Assembly (NCBI GenBank): GCA_965223545.1
Contig: OZ245006.1
Span: 4,256,001 to 4,320,000 of the forward strand
Reading direction: 5' to 3'
DNA: 64,000 nt
Source of the DNA: Planctomycetota bacterium
GTDB taxonomy: Bacteria; Planctomycetota; UBA1135; UBA2386
Positions 9,604-18,696 of the stretch are shown piece after piece (the first letter of the stretch is position 1; the number at the start of each line of letters is the position of its first letter). The translations under genes were made by a program, and so were the position numbers. A model generated the notes under the pieces. It had not been told where the DNA came from. It worked only from the letters and a program-made list of their open reading frames with translations, and searched no databases.

Positions 9604-10842
9604 ATGATCGTCCGGTTCAGTCTCTACGGCTTCCTCAAGAACCAGCGCTACTTCGAGCCGTTCTTGGTGCTCGCGCTGCTCGACCGCGGCCTGTCGTTCT
9701 TCGCAATCGGTGTGCTGGTCGCCCTGCGCGAGCTCACCGTCCACTTGCTAGAGATTCCGTCGGGGGCGATCGCCGACCTGTTCGGCCGCAGCCGGGCGAT
9801 GATCGTCTCGTTCGCCGCTTACATCGCCAGCTTCGTGGTGTTCGCCCAGGCGCGCAGCTTCGCGGGTTTCGTCCCGGCGATGCTGCTCTTCGCGGTCGGC
9901 GAGGCGTTCCGCACGGGCACGCACAAGGCGATCATCTTCGCGTGGTTGCGGCAGCAAGGCAGGGAAGACGAGCGCACCAAGGTCTACGGCTACACACGAT
10001 CGTGGAGCAAGCTCGGCTCGGCGACCTCCGCTCTGCTCGGGGCGGGTTTCGTCTTCTACGCGGAGAGCTACGTCGACGTGTTCTACTTCGCGATCGTTCC
10101 CTACCTGCTCTGCATGGTGAGCTTGGCGACCTACCCGCGCGCACTCGACTACGGCGAACGCCAGCGGCTCCCGGCGCGCGGCATTTGGGCCAACGTGCGC
10201 ACGGTGCTCGCCTCGGCAGTGCGCGAGCCTCGACTCCGGCGGCTGTTGCTCGAGGCGATGGGGTTCGAGGGCCTGTTCAAGGTCGTCAAGGACTACCTCC
10301 AACCGGTGCTGTTGTTGGCCGCGACGGCATACTTCGCCGGCGCCGTCGAGGGCCTCGGTGACGAGCAACGCACGGCGCTCTGGTCCGGCGCCGTCTACAG
10401 CGCGTTGTTCTTCGCCGCCGCCTACGCCAGCCGCAAGGCGCACGTGTTCGCGCACCATGCCGGCAGTGACGCCGCGGCAGCGCATCGTCTCTGGGTCGGC
10501 AACGCCGGCGCCTATGCGGCGATCGTTGCGGCCGCGTGGATCGGGTCGGTGGCTCTGGCGGTCGCTGGCTTCGTCCTCCTGCACGTGCTGCAAAACCTGT
10601 GGCGGCCGATCCTCATTGGCCGCGTCGATGCCGTCGCCGACAGCTCTCTCGGCGCGACGACTCTGTCGGTGGAAAGCCAAGCCCAACGCCTGGCGACGAT
10701 GGTGCTCGCGCCGCTCCTTGGTTGGGTGATCGACAGCGGTCCCACCGGTGTCGCGCGGTTCTGGCCGATCGGCGCCGTCGGCCTGCTGATCGCGGTGTGC
10801 GCCCTGTGGCGGGCTCCACGTGCGGCGCCGGGCGAACCGTAA
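9604..10842 (+). CDS. MFS transporter
   Basis: LEIPSGAIADLFGRSRA (MFS motif A); about 12 hydrophobic segments. Confidence 0.9.
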   Translation: MIVRFSLYGFLKNQRYFEPFLVLALLDRGLSFFAIGVLVALRELTVHLLEIPSGAIADLFGRSRAMIVSFAAYIASFVVFAQARSFAGFVPAMLLFAVGEAFRTGTHKAIIFAWLRQQGREDERTKVYGYTRSWSKLGSATSALLGAGFVFYAESYVDVFYFAIVPYLLCMVSLATYPRALDYGERQRLPARGIWANVRTVLASAVREPRLRRLLLEAMGFEGLFKVVKDYLQPVLLLAATAYFAGAVEGLGDEQRTALWSGAVYSALFFAAAYASRKAHVFAHHAGSDAAAAHRLWVGNAGAYAAIVAAAWIGSVALAVAGFVLLHVLQNLWRPILIGRVDAVADSSLGATTLSVESQAQRLATMVLAPLLGWVIDSGPTGVARFWPIGAVGLLIAVCALWRAPRAAPGEP

Positions 10843-10913
10843 GCCGCCAGCTCGTGGGGGGTGGCGACTGCATCGGGCTTGACGATGCATTGCGCCGGCG
10901 GAGGATCGCGCGC

Positions 10914-11342
10914 ATGGATGCGGAGCCCGCCGCCGACGAATTCCACGAGCTGTTCCACGAGATCTTCGTGCGCTTCCACGTGCGCGATACCGGCGCCGAC
11001 CGCGGTGTCTCGCGCGAGGCGTGGGCGGTGATGGAACACCTCAGCGAAGCGGGCCCGTTGACGGTGACCGAGGCCGCGCGCCATTTTGCGCGCAGCCAGG
11101 CTGCGATGAGCGAGATCGTGACCCGCTTGGAGCGCCGCGGCCTGCTGACGCGATTCACCGACGAGCGGGACCGGCGGCGGACGCTGGTGTGGCTGAGCCG
11201 AGATGGCGTCGCCGCCTGGCGCCGCGCGCAGCGCCCGCTCGACCGAGGGCAGCTGGTGAGTGCGTTCACCGCGTTGTCCGCTCACCAACGCCAACAAACG
11301 CTCGTCGCGCTGCGCCGCCTGTTGCGGCGGAAGCTGCGATGA
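10914..11342 (+). CDS. MarR family transcriptional regulator
   Basis: wHTH with LERRGLLTR and DERDRR wing motif; GGAGG upstream of ATG 10914; TTGACG further upstream. Confidence 0.9.
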   Translation: MDAEPAADEFHELFHEIFVRFHVRDTGADRGVSREAWAVMEHLSEAGPLTVTEAARHFARSQAAMSEIVTRLERRGLLTRFTDERDRRRTLVWLSRDGVAAWRRAQRPLDRGQLVSAFTALSAHQRQQTLVALRRLLRRKLR

Positions 11343-11362
11343 CTGGACCTCAGGAGTTCGAC

Positions 11363-11611
11363 ATGACCGAGACCCATCCCTGTGAGAGCTGCACGATGCC
11401 GATCGAATCCGGGGCTCTCTGCCAGCACTGCGCGGGCGCCGACGGCGCCCTGCGCCCCTTCGAAGAGCTGTTTCCGCGCATGGTGCAGTGGGCGATGCAC
11501 AACGACGGCGCGCTCACCCGCGAGCAGGCCGAGCAACAGACCGTGCAGTTCATGGCGACCATGCCGGCCTGGCGGGCGCACCCAGAGGTCGTCCGCCGCG
11601 GGCGGGGCTGA
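11363..11611 (+). CDS. Small zinc-ribbon domain protein
   Basis: CESCTMP...CQHC and terminal MPAW; AGGAG RBS before ATG 11363 (alternative ATG 11339 overlaps the MarR stop). Confidence 0.75.
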   Translation: MTETHPCESCTMPIESGALCQHCAGADGALRPFEELFPRMVQWAMHNDGALTREQAEQQTVQFMATMPAWRAHPEVVRRGRG

Positions 11612-11682
11612 TCACTTCGAATCCGCCTTGCCAGCGGCGTCAAGTCGAGCGCGGTCGGCTCCCGATAGCGGAAGCAGCAGGC

Positions 11683-13317
11683 ATGCTGACTTCCGCCCAC
11701 ACGCAGTGGCACGGCGGCCGCCGAGAGTGCGATCTGGCGATTGTCGGTGCCGGCCCCGCCGGTCTGACCCTGGCCAGGGAGCTGCGGTCGGCGGGCCTCG
11801 ACATCGTCGTGCTCGAGGCGGGCGGCCTCGAGGCGCGCCATCCGCGAGAGGCGGGGCGCCAACCGGCTCCGACCGGCACGTACGACGTCGATCATGCGCG
11901 CGCCCGCGGATTCGGTGGCACGTCCAACACCTTCGTGCCGACGGGTTGGCGCGCCCGCCCGCTCGATCCGAGTGACTTCGAGGTGACCGACGGCGACCCT
12001 TGGACGGGCTGGCCGCTGTCCTATGCGGACTTGCTTCCGTTCTACCGGCGGGCGCAGGAGGTCTGCGGTCTGGGAACCTTCGAGTACCGGGGTGAGCCTT
12101 GGGCGGCCGCCGCTGGTCGGCCGTCCCTGTGGGTCGAGGACGACGAGCTACAGACCAGCGTGTTCCAGCTGGGACCGCCCAAGCACTTTCGGCGCATGGC
12201 CGACGATGTCGCGAACTGGGGCTCGGTCGACGTCGTGCTCGGAGCTCGCGTGGTCGAGATCCGGTTGGCGCCGGACGGTACGGTGGAGGCGCTGCGCGTT
12301 CGCGTCCGCGGTGGAGCAGAGACCGAGCTGCACGCGCGGGCTTACGTGTTGGCGTGCGGTGGGATCGACAACGCGAGGCTGCTGTTGGCCTCGGGAGACG
12401 GTGGCGTCGGCAACCACCATGATCTGGTTGGCCGGACCTTCATGGAGCACCTGCACGCCGATACCGGCGTCTTTCGGCCCGCGGACCCCGCGGTCCTTCG
12501 CGACATGTGCTACTACCTGCCGCAGGGCGCCCCCGGGGCTGGGGGATTCCAGGGCGCGCTGAGCTTTCGCGACGACGTCCGGCGGGAAGCGGGGTTGCAC
12601 AACTGCATCTTCTGGCTCTACCCGGTGCCGGAGTTCTGGGCGACGGAGGTCGGTCGGTCGGTGGGAGCGCTGCGCAACGCGCTGCGCGAGCGGCATTGGC
12701 CGGAAGCCGGTGGCACGCATCTGCGCCGGTGTCTGCGCAACGTGCCGGCGTGCGCGTCGACGGTGGCGAGAAGGGTGGCACGCCGGCCGCGCCCGCCGGC
12801 CGCCGCGCGACTCGCGATCGAGGCCGAGCAACGGCCGGCCGTCGAGTCACGCGTCGTGTTGACGGCGAAGTGCGATTCTTTCGGTGTGCCGGTGCCCGCC
12901 CTCGATTGGCGAGTGACCGCGGCGGACTTGACGTCGCTGCGAGCGACCCAGGAGCGGCTCGATGCCCTGTTGCGCCGGCAAGGCCTCGGCCGGATCGAGT
13001 GCATGTTCGGTGACGAGTACCCGAGGGCACACCTGGGGGGTGGCCACCACCACATGGGAACGACGCGCATGAGTGCCGACGCGCGCTACGGGGTAGTCGA
13101 CGGCGACTGTCGCGTGCACGGGGTCGGCAATCTGTTCGTCGCGGGGAGCTCGGTGTTCCCGACCTCGGGCGCCGCCAATCCGACCCTGACGATCGTCGCG
13201 CTCGCGCTGCGCCTGGCAGACCGGTTGCGTGTGGATCTCGACGGTCATCGAGGAGGCGAGGTGGTCGAGGGCCGCGCCGCCGGTGCAACGACCCACCGAG
13301 CGCGGGTCAGCCCTTGA
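11683..13317 (+). CDS. GMC family FAD-dependent oxidoreductase
   Basis: IVGAGPAG FAD motif, VLACGGIDNARLLL, VGRTFMEH, HHMGTTRM, GSSVFPTSGAANPTLTI. Confidence 0.93.
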   Translation: MLTSAHTQWHGGRRECDLAIVGAGPAGLTLARELRSAGLDIVVLEAGGLEARHPREAGRQPAPTGTYDVDHARARGFGGTSNTFVPTGWRARPLDPSDFEVTDGDPWTGWPLSYADLLPFYRRAQEVCGLGTFEYRGEPWAAAAGRPSLWVEDDELQTSVFQLGPPKHFRRMADDVANWGSVDVVLGARVVEIRLAPDGTVEALRVRVRGGAETELHARAYVLACGGIDNARLLLASGDGGVGNHHDLVGRTFMEHLHADTGVFRPADPAVLRDMCYYLPQGAPGAGGFQGALSFRDDVRREAGLHNCIFWLYPVPEFWATEVGRSVGALRNALRERHWPEAGGTHLRRCLRNVPACASTVARRVARRPRPPAAARLAIEAEQRPAVESRVVLTAKCDSFGVPVPALDWRVTAADLTSLRATQERLDALLRRQGLGRIECMFGDEYPRAHLGGGHHHMGTTRMSADARYGVVDGDCRVHGVGNLFVAGSSVFPTSGAANPTLTIVALALRLADRLRVDLDGHRGGEVVEGRAAGATTHRARVSP

Positions 13318-14335
13318 TCAGCGGGAGCAGCAGCTCGGCCACTTCGGCACTGAGCTCGGGGTTCGGATGGTTGTCGAGCGGGCCGACGACCATGGTGGCA
13401 GGATCACGGCCGCGCAAGTGGCGGGCGAGGTCGATCACGGTCACTCCCAAGCCTTCGAGATGCCGGACAACCCGGTCCACATAGGGCAAGCTGCGATCGA
13501 TCTCGCGCAGCTGGGGAAACACCGTTGCCAACACGCGCGCCCCACGCGACCGCGCCGTCGTCACCAGGGCCGTCAACTCGTCGCGGTGTGTTGCCCAGAC
13601 ATCGTCACGCAGCCAGACTCGTTCGAAGAACTCCCACGCCTGACGATCGATCTCGCCTCCCTTGGCGAAGCGAAACACCTGCCAATACACGAAGTCGGCG
13701 AGGTGTGAGCGACGCAACAAGGCCTGCAGCCAGGGCGGGGGTAGATCGAAGCGCGGAGCTTCGCCGAGCCCGTGCGCGCGGACCGCATTCTCGATGTCGT
13801 TGAAGTAGTACGACAAGACCACCACTTCCGGGTCGGCGGGGTGGTTGGCGATCGCGTCGCGCTGATCCACCGTGTGCCATCCGTTGCGCGCCAGGACGAC
13901 CACCGACCAGTCGGGTCCGAGTGCCTGTCCGAGTCGGTTGCTGGCGCGATCCGCGATGTCGCGAATCCCGTGGCCGGCGACCAGAGAATCGCCGACGTGG
14001 AACACGACCCGCTTGGCCGCGAGCTGCGCGGGGTCGTGCTCGAGGTCGCGGATGCCCAGCGAATTGATGGGTCGCCAGTAGCGGGCGAACCACCGCTTGC
14101 TGGCCAGCGTGTAGCCGAAGCTATCCGAGCGATCGAGCAAGCCGTAAACGGCGAGCTCCAGCGTCGCCGTCGTGAGGATCAGGGCACTCGACGCGATGCC
14201 GATCTGCGCCAGGCGCCGGCGCGTGCCGGATGCGGGCCAATACCGGCGTCCGAGCCAGAATGCGGCTCCGGTCGCCGCCAAGACCATGACGATGAGCAGG
14301 AGAACACGGGTGGGGTGAGCGCCGAGACACAGCAT
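13307..14335 (-). CDS. Membrane-anchored SGNH/GDSL hydrolase or acyltransferase
   Basis: Two N-terminal TM segments; block I VGDS, block III YYFND, block V DNHPN. Confidence 0.8.
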   Translation of the reverse strand: MLCLGAHPTRVLLLIVMVLAATGAAFWLGRRYWPASGTRRRLAQIGIASSALILTTATLELAVYGLLDRSDSFGYTLASKRWFARYWRPINSLGIRDLEHDPAQLAAKRVVFHVGDSLVAGHGIRDIADRASNRLGQALGPDWSVVVLARNGWHTVDQRDAIANHPADPEVVVLSYYFNDIENAVRAHGLGEAPRFDLPPPWLQALLRRSHLADFVYWQVFRFAKGGEIDRQAWEFFERVWLRDDVWATHRDELTALVTTARSRGARVLATVFPQLREIDRSLPYVDRVVRHLEGLGVTVIDLARHLRGRDPATMVVGPLDNHPNPELSAEVAELLLPLIKG

Positions 14336-14350
14336 CCGCGGCTGCCAAGC

Positions 14351-16147
14351 CTACCGGGGGACGAGAGCGGAGACCCATTCGCGCCAAGATCCGCGCAGGG
14401 CTCCCAGCAGCCGCGAAGTGCGCACGCTGCGGCCGCCGGTGCGCTCGTTGATCAGTTCGCCGAGTCGCTCCGCCAATCGGGCGTAGACCCAGCGCTGGTA
14501 GTGCCGGATGTTGTCGACGACCGCCGCGGTCGAGGTGACGAGCGGTCGGACATCGCAGATCACCGTGCTGGGCATGCCGTCGACGGCTTCTCCGAGTGCG
14601 CGGTTGAGCTCCGCATGGTGGGTGCCGCGTCCTCTCTCCACCGGGTGCGGCAGATCGAGCTCCGCGCCGTTGACCAGCACCAGGAGTTGATCGTCGCGCA
14701 GGTGGTGGCGAAGCCAGCGGACGTTGTTGGCAAGCCGAGCCCCGTCGGTCTTGCCCACGAAAGTGAACTCGGCCGCGAACCAGTCGAGGAACCCCTCGGC
14801 GTAGGGCTTGGCAGACTCGACGTGGTTTCGGTGGCGTTGGTCGGTGACGTCGATGAAGTAGTCGCCGAAGGGCACGACCCAGTCACTGTCGCGATAGCGG
14901 TAGAGCCCCTGGTCGTAGTCCATCAAGACGCTGTAGACCACGACGTCGATGTCGGCGTCGAAGGCCTGGGTCCGGTAGGCCGCCGCATCCAGGAACGGCA
15001 AACGGTCCAGGGCATCGGCAAAGCGCTCGGCGATGCCGTGGTCGTGACGGCGCAGGATCTCGAGGTGATCGGTCCTCACCGAATGCCCGGCGTCACCCGG
15101 GTAGTTGAACTCGGTGCGGATCCGTTCGCTGGCGCGGAAGAAGTGCACGACTTGATCGAGGTCGCAGCCTCCCTTCAGCAGGATGTTCGCGGACGCATCA
15201 TCTCCGCTCGCCGGGGCGTCATCGCCGATGGCGCTCTCCCGGATCCAGTCGACCGCGCCGCCGGAGCTCAGGTCCGTGGCGACCTCGCCGACGACGTCGA
15301 GCGCGGGGCGGTCGAGACGTTGGTACAGCCAACGCTCGATGCCCATGTTCAAAACCCGGCAAGAGAACAAGAAGTGCTCCAGCCGATCGTCGCGGATGGC
15401 GTAGAAGCCACAGATCCCGTAGTCGCCGTAGCGGTCGATGGCCCGGATGAAGCCCGCGTCGACGTTGGCCGCCGCCAGCAGTGCATCGAGCGCTGGGCCG
15501 TCGATGCGTTCTTTGGTGTAGTTCAGCTGATTCGTGCGCTCGATCAGCTCCAGCACGCGGTCGCGATGGCGCGCCACGTCGTGGCCGACCTCGACGCAGA
15601 TCTCGGACTCGCGCAAGAACGCGTCGTGGTCGATGTTCAAGGCGGCGCGGGCCTTGGCCTTCGCGGCCAGCACTTCGTAGTGCGCCAAGCGTCGGAGCTC
15701 GGGGTCGGCGCGACCGCGCAGCGCCCGGTGGTCGGCGATGGCCTCGATCGCCTCGGCTGGAGCGACCTGCAGGCCGGGGCAGAAGTGCTCCGCTTCACGC
15801 AGGTTGCTCAACCTGTCATCGATGAACAGCACGTTCTCCGCCCGCAGCTGCATCTGGTCGATGAGCGCGCGCAGCATCGGCCCCTTGGGTTGCCACGCGA
15901 TCTGCGGCATGACGAAGTAGCGCCACAGCCCGCGCTCCTGCAGGACGCGCTGGACCGACTCGAAGTCGTTCTTCGAGCAGATGGACGACACGATGCCGCG
16001 CTCCGCCAGGGCGATCACCAGGTCGTGGTGCGCGGGAACGTAGGCGATGCCTTCTTCGCTGAGCGTGCCGCGCCAGAAGGTCTCGTCGAGATCCCACACC
16101 ACCAGCTTGACCGTTCCGCGCAGGGATAGAGTCTCGGTGGAGGCCAT
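14351..16147 (-). CDS. FkbH-like HAD-IIIC phosphatase/acyltransferase with GNAT-like and C-terminal domains
   Basis: KLVVWDLDETFWRG (DxDxT), SICSKN, LFIDD, RTNQLN, DRYGDYG, SCRVLNMGIE; start at ATG 16147 or 16162. Confidence 0.88.
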   Translation of the reverse strand: MASTETLSLRGTVKLVVWDLDETFWRGTLSEEGIAYVPAHHDLVIALAERGIVSSICSKNDFESVQRVLQERGLWRYFVMPQIAWQPKGPMLRALIDQMQLRAENVLFIDDRLSNLREAEHFCPGLQVAPAEAIEAIADHRALRGRADPELRRLAHYEVLAAKAKARAALNIDHDAFLRESEICVEVGHDVARHRDRVLELIERTNQLNYTKERIDGPALDALLAAANVDAGFIRAIDRYGDYGICGFYAIRDDRLEHFLFSCRVLNMGIERWLYQRLDRPALDVVGEVATDLSSGGAVDWIRESAIGDDAPASGDDASANILLKGGCDLDQVVHFFRASERIRTEFNYPGDAGHSVRTDHLEILRRHDHGIAERFADALDRLPFLDAAAYRTQAFDADIDVVVYSVLMDYDQGLYRYRDSDWVVPFGDYFIDVTDQRHRNHVESAKPYAEGFLDWFAAEFTFVGKTDGARLANNVRWLRHHLRDDQLLVLVNGAELDLPHPVERGRGTHHAELNRALGEAVDGMPSTVICDVRPLVTSTAAVVDNIRHYQRWVYARLAERLGELINERTGGRSVRTSRLLGALRGSWREWVSALVPR

Positions 16148-16227
16148 CGTTGCCGGTGTCATCGGCCAAACGGGGTCCGTCGCAGTAGCCTTCGGGGGGC
16201 CCGCTACGGCGGGAGCCAGCGACCGCG

Positions 16228-17298
16228 TCAGCGCTCGGCGCGAGGCGCGCTGGACGCGCTGGCCGGCACCCGCAGATTGCTCCAACCCTCACTCGGTCTC
16301 CACGAGTAGCGTCCGTCGCCGAGAATGAGGTCGCCGCCGTCACGACCGGTGAACGGATGCCGCGCGAACACGCGCCAGGCGTGGTGTTCGGCCGTTCCGC
16401 GGGCGGCCTCGATGCCCGGGTCGTCCATGTTGCGCGGCAGTCGATAGATCTCCTCGACGGCCCCGGTCCAGGCGTCGGCATCGACGTAGTGGAGATTGGT
16501 TTCTGTCTGCAGAAAGACCCGAAACCGCCAGGGCACGCCGGGGCGCGCCGCCGCGCTGCGACGGTCGACGGCCTCGCCGGCGGTGAGTGCTGCTTCGGCA
16601 TCGCGCACCAGCTGATGAGAGCGGTGCTGGAACCCGGCGAGAACCGCCAGATAGGCCGCCGCCACGACGACACCCGCGACGCACCACAGCCGCCGCCGCC
16701 GCTGGTCCGACCGCGTGAATCGCGCGGCGCACACGCCGATCGCCGCAGCGCTGAACAGCGCGGCCACCGGCCAGCCGACGCGGTGCGAGGACCACAGGGC
16801 CGACGCCGCCACCGCGTAGAACACCAACCAGGGCCAGCCGCGGCCTCGGCCCGGCGAGCCGAGACAGGCCGCGGCGCCGAGGGTGATCCACAGCCACGGG
16901 TCGACGATGTAGACCAAGTCGCCGTAGTACCAGGTGCCATCGAACGGCAGCCACGGGCGCACGCCGTAGTTGTTGAGTGCGTCCATCCCGAGGTGCAGCA
17001 GCAAACCTGCCCACGAGACCGCGACCAGCACCGGCAAGCTGCTGCCGAAGCGGCGGCGGGTGCACCACCAGACGAGCACGCCGAGCAGCACGCCCTCGAT
17101 GGCGATGCCGGCCAACGCGTGGGTGACGCCGCGGTGGTGGCACAGATACCACGGCTGTCCGCCCCAGGTGTAGCCGACGATGTCGATATCGGGCAGGTTG
17201 GACGCCGCGACCGCGGCGATGGTGGCCGGTGGGCCGTAGCGATCCAGCCCGAGTCGCGCCAGCGCGAGCCCCGCCAACGTGTGTGCGGCGTTTTCCAC
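16228..17298 (-). CDS. Membrane-bound metal-dependent hydrolase (YdjM-like)
   Basis: AHTLAG, SNLPDID, HHRGVTHA, HLGMDALNNYG, IVDP; multiple TM segments. Confidence 0.88.
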   Translation of the reverse strand: MENAAHTLAGLALARLGLDRYGPPATIAAVAASNLPDIDIVGYTWGGQPWYLCHHRGVTHALAGIAIEGVLLGVLVWWCTRRRFGSSLPVLVAVSWAGLLLHLGMDALNNYGVRPWLPFDGTWYYGDLVYIVDPWLWITLGAAACLGSPGRGRGWPWLVFYAVAASALWSSHRVGWPVAALFSAAAIGVCAARFTRSDQRRRRLWCVAGVVVAAAYLAVLAGFQHRSHQLVRDAEAALTAGEAVDRRSAAARPGVPWRFRVFLQTETNLHYVDADAWTGAVEEIYRLPRNMDDPGIEAARGTAEHHAWRVFARHPFTGRDGGDLILGDGRYSWRPSEGWSNLRVPASASSAPRAER

Positions 17299-17324
17299 GT
17301 CTTACCGGGTGAGCAGCGGGCGGA

Positions 17325-18635
17325 TCAGTCGATCTCGTACGGCAGTGCGCCTGCCTTCTGCAGGTACGGGCACTTGCGACAGTAGTCGGTGAGCTCACCG
17401 GTGTAGAGCCCAACCCGCAGGCGCTGGTACTCGGGCCCGTTCCAGATGTCTTCGAACTCCTGCTCGAACGCGTTGCCGAGGATCGGGCGGTCGGGCGCGC
17501 AGCAGGGAAACACCTCGCCGTTGAGGCCGACGAAGACCCGGCGCCACGGCATGTCGCAGTAGTACTTGCCGCCGTAGTCCGCGGGCTGCGCCATCGGCAA
17601 CGTCGTCTCGGACGGCTCGTGGGATGCCGCCGCGCCGCACTCCTTTGGTTCGGGGGTCTGCGCGGCGGACGCGACGGTGGGAACCGGGCTGCCGGCGGCT
17701 GGCGCGGACGGAGCCGCCGCCAGCTGCTCGGGTGCTTGCGCTGTCGGCGTTTGCTCGGCAGTGCTCTCTTGGTGCGCGTCCGGTGGCGGTCCGTCGCTCG
17801 TGCTCTCGGCGGCCGCGGCGGCGAGCCGCGCGGCCGCATCCGGTGGCAATGGCTCCGGAAACTCGATCTCGATGCCGTGCGAGGCGGCAATGGCGCGGGC
17901 CTCATCGAGGGCGCGGTTGGTCACCTCCGGACAGTGCATCGGCGATGACGCGCGGATCCGCTCGCTGGTGATGATGACGTAACAGGCGGAGACGAAGTCG
18001 ACGTCGTTGGCGGCGGCGATCTCCATGATCCGCGGCAACTCGTGGACGTTCTCCCGCATCAGGACGACGTTGAAGCAGAACTTGATGTCGTGCCGGAGGC
18101 CGAGGTGTCGGCGCGCTCGAGCGAACGCGCGCACGTTGGTCATTACGGTGTCGAAGTCGCCGCCGGTGCGCACGTGCTCGAAGGTCGCCTTACTGGCCCC
18201 GTCGAACGACACGGTCAGGCGCTGCAAGTGCGGCATCATGTGCTCCATGCGATCGCCGCACAGCAGCATACCGTTGGTGAACATCTCCAGCTTGCAGCCG
18301 AAGCGTGCGACCGTGTCGATGAACTCCTCGAAGTAGGGCAGCACGAACGGTTCGCCGCTCAGCGTCGGGTTGATCGTGCGCATGTGCGGGAACGCGCGCT
18401 CGGCAACCATGCGGAACGTCTCCAACGGCATCGTGAACCGCGGCCGGCCCGCGGCGCGCAGGTCGTCGCGCAGCATCTCGTAGCCGCACATGAAGCAGTG
18501 CAGATTGCAGGCGCCGGTGAACTCGAAGACGCCGTGCATCGGCCAGCCGTCCACAGTGCCGCTGCCGTGCCGCTCTGCTGCCAGGACGCGTTGGTCATTG
18601 ACGCGTTTGGCGTCTTCGAATGGCGGCGCGCTCAT
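17325..18635 (-). CDS. Radical SAM protein with C-terminal SPASM/Twitch domain
   Basis: CNLHCFMC (CxxxCxxC), SGEP, TNG, VSFDG; C-terminal CDMPW...GEVFPCC...LGN...CRKC; Ala/Pro/Glu-rich linker between the domains. Confidence 0.92.
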   Translation of the reverse strand: MSAPPFEDAKRVNDQRVLAAERHGSGTVDGWPMHGVFEFTGACNLHCFMCGYEMLRDDLRAAGRPRFTMPLETFRMVAERAFPHMRTINPTLSGEPFVLPYFEEFIDTVARFGCKLEMFTNGMLLCGDRMEHMMPHLQRLTVSFDGASKATFEHVRTGGDFDTVMTNVRAFARARRHLGLRHDIKFCFNVVLMRENVHELPRIMEIAAANDVDFVSACYVIITSERIRASSPMHCPEVTNRALDEARAIAASHGIEIEFPEPLPPDAAARLAAAAAESTSDGPPPDAHQESTAEQTPTAQAPEQLAAAPSAPAAGSPVPTVASAAQTPEPKECGAAASHEPSETTLPMAQPADYGGKYYCDMPWRRVFVGLNGEVFPCCAPDRPILGNAFEQEFEDIWNGPEYQRLRVGLYTGELTDYCRKCPYLQKAGALPYEID

Positions 18636-18642
18636 CTCGGCG

Positions 18643-18648
18643 ATGGTA
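18643..18648 (-). promoter_or_regulatory. Putative -10 box (TACCAT) for the radical SAM gene
   Basis: TAnnnT 7 nt upstream of ATG 18635, no SD. Confidence 0.45.
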
Positions 18649-18696
18649 GTTGTCGGCCCGGGACGCGCAACCTGCCCAGCCCTGAGCGGCCCGCCA

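Noticed and set aside
13772..16129. Long antisense or alternative-frame ORFs (e.g. 13772-16129, 31649-33322, 33335-35362, 43817-46318, 54394-57048)
   Set aside because: Shadow ORFs expected in high-GC DNA opposite well-supported genes; no motifs, and composition mirrors the real frame
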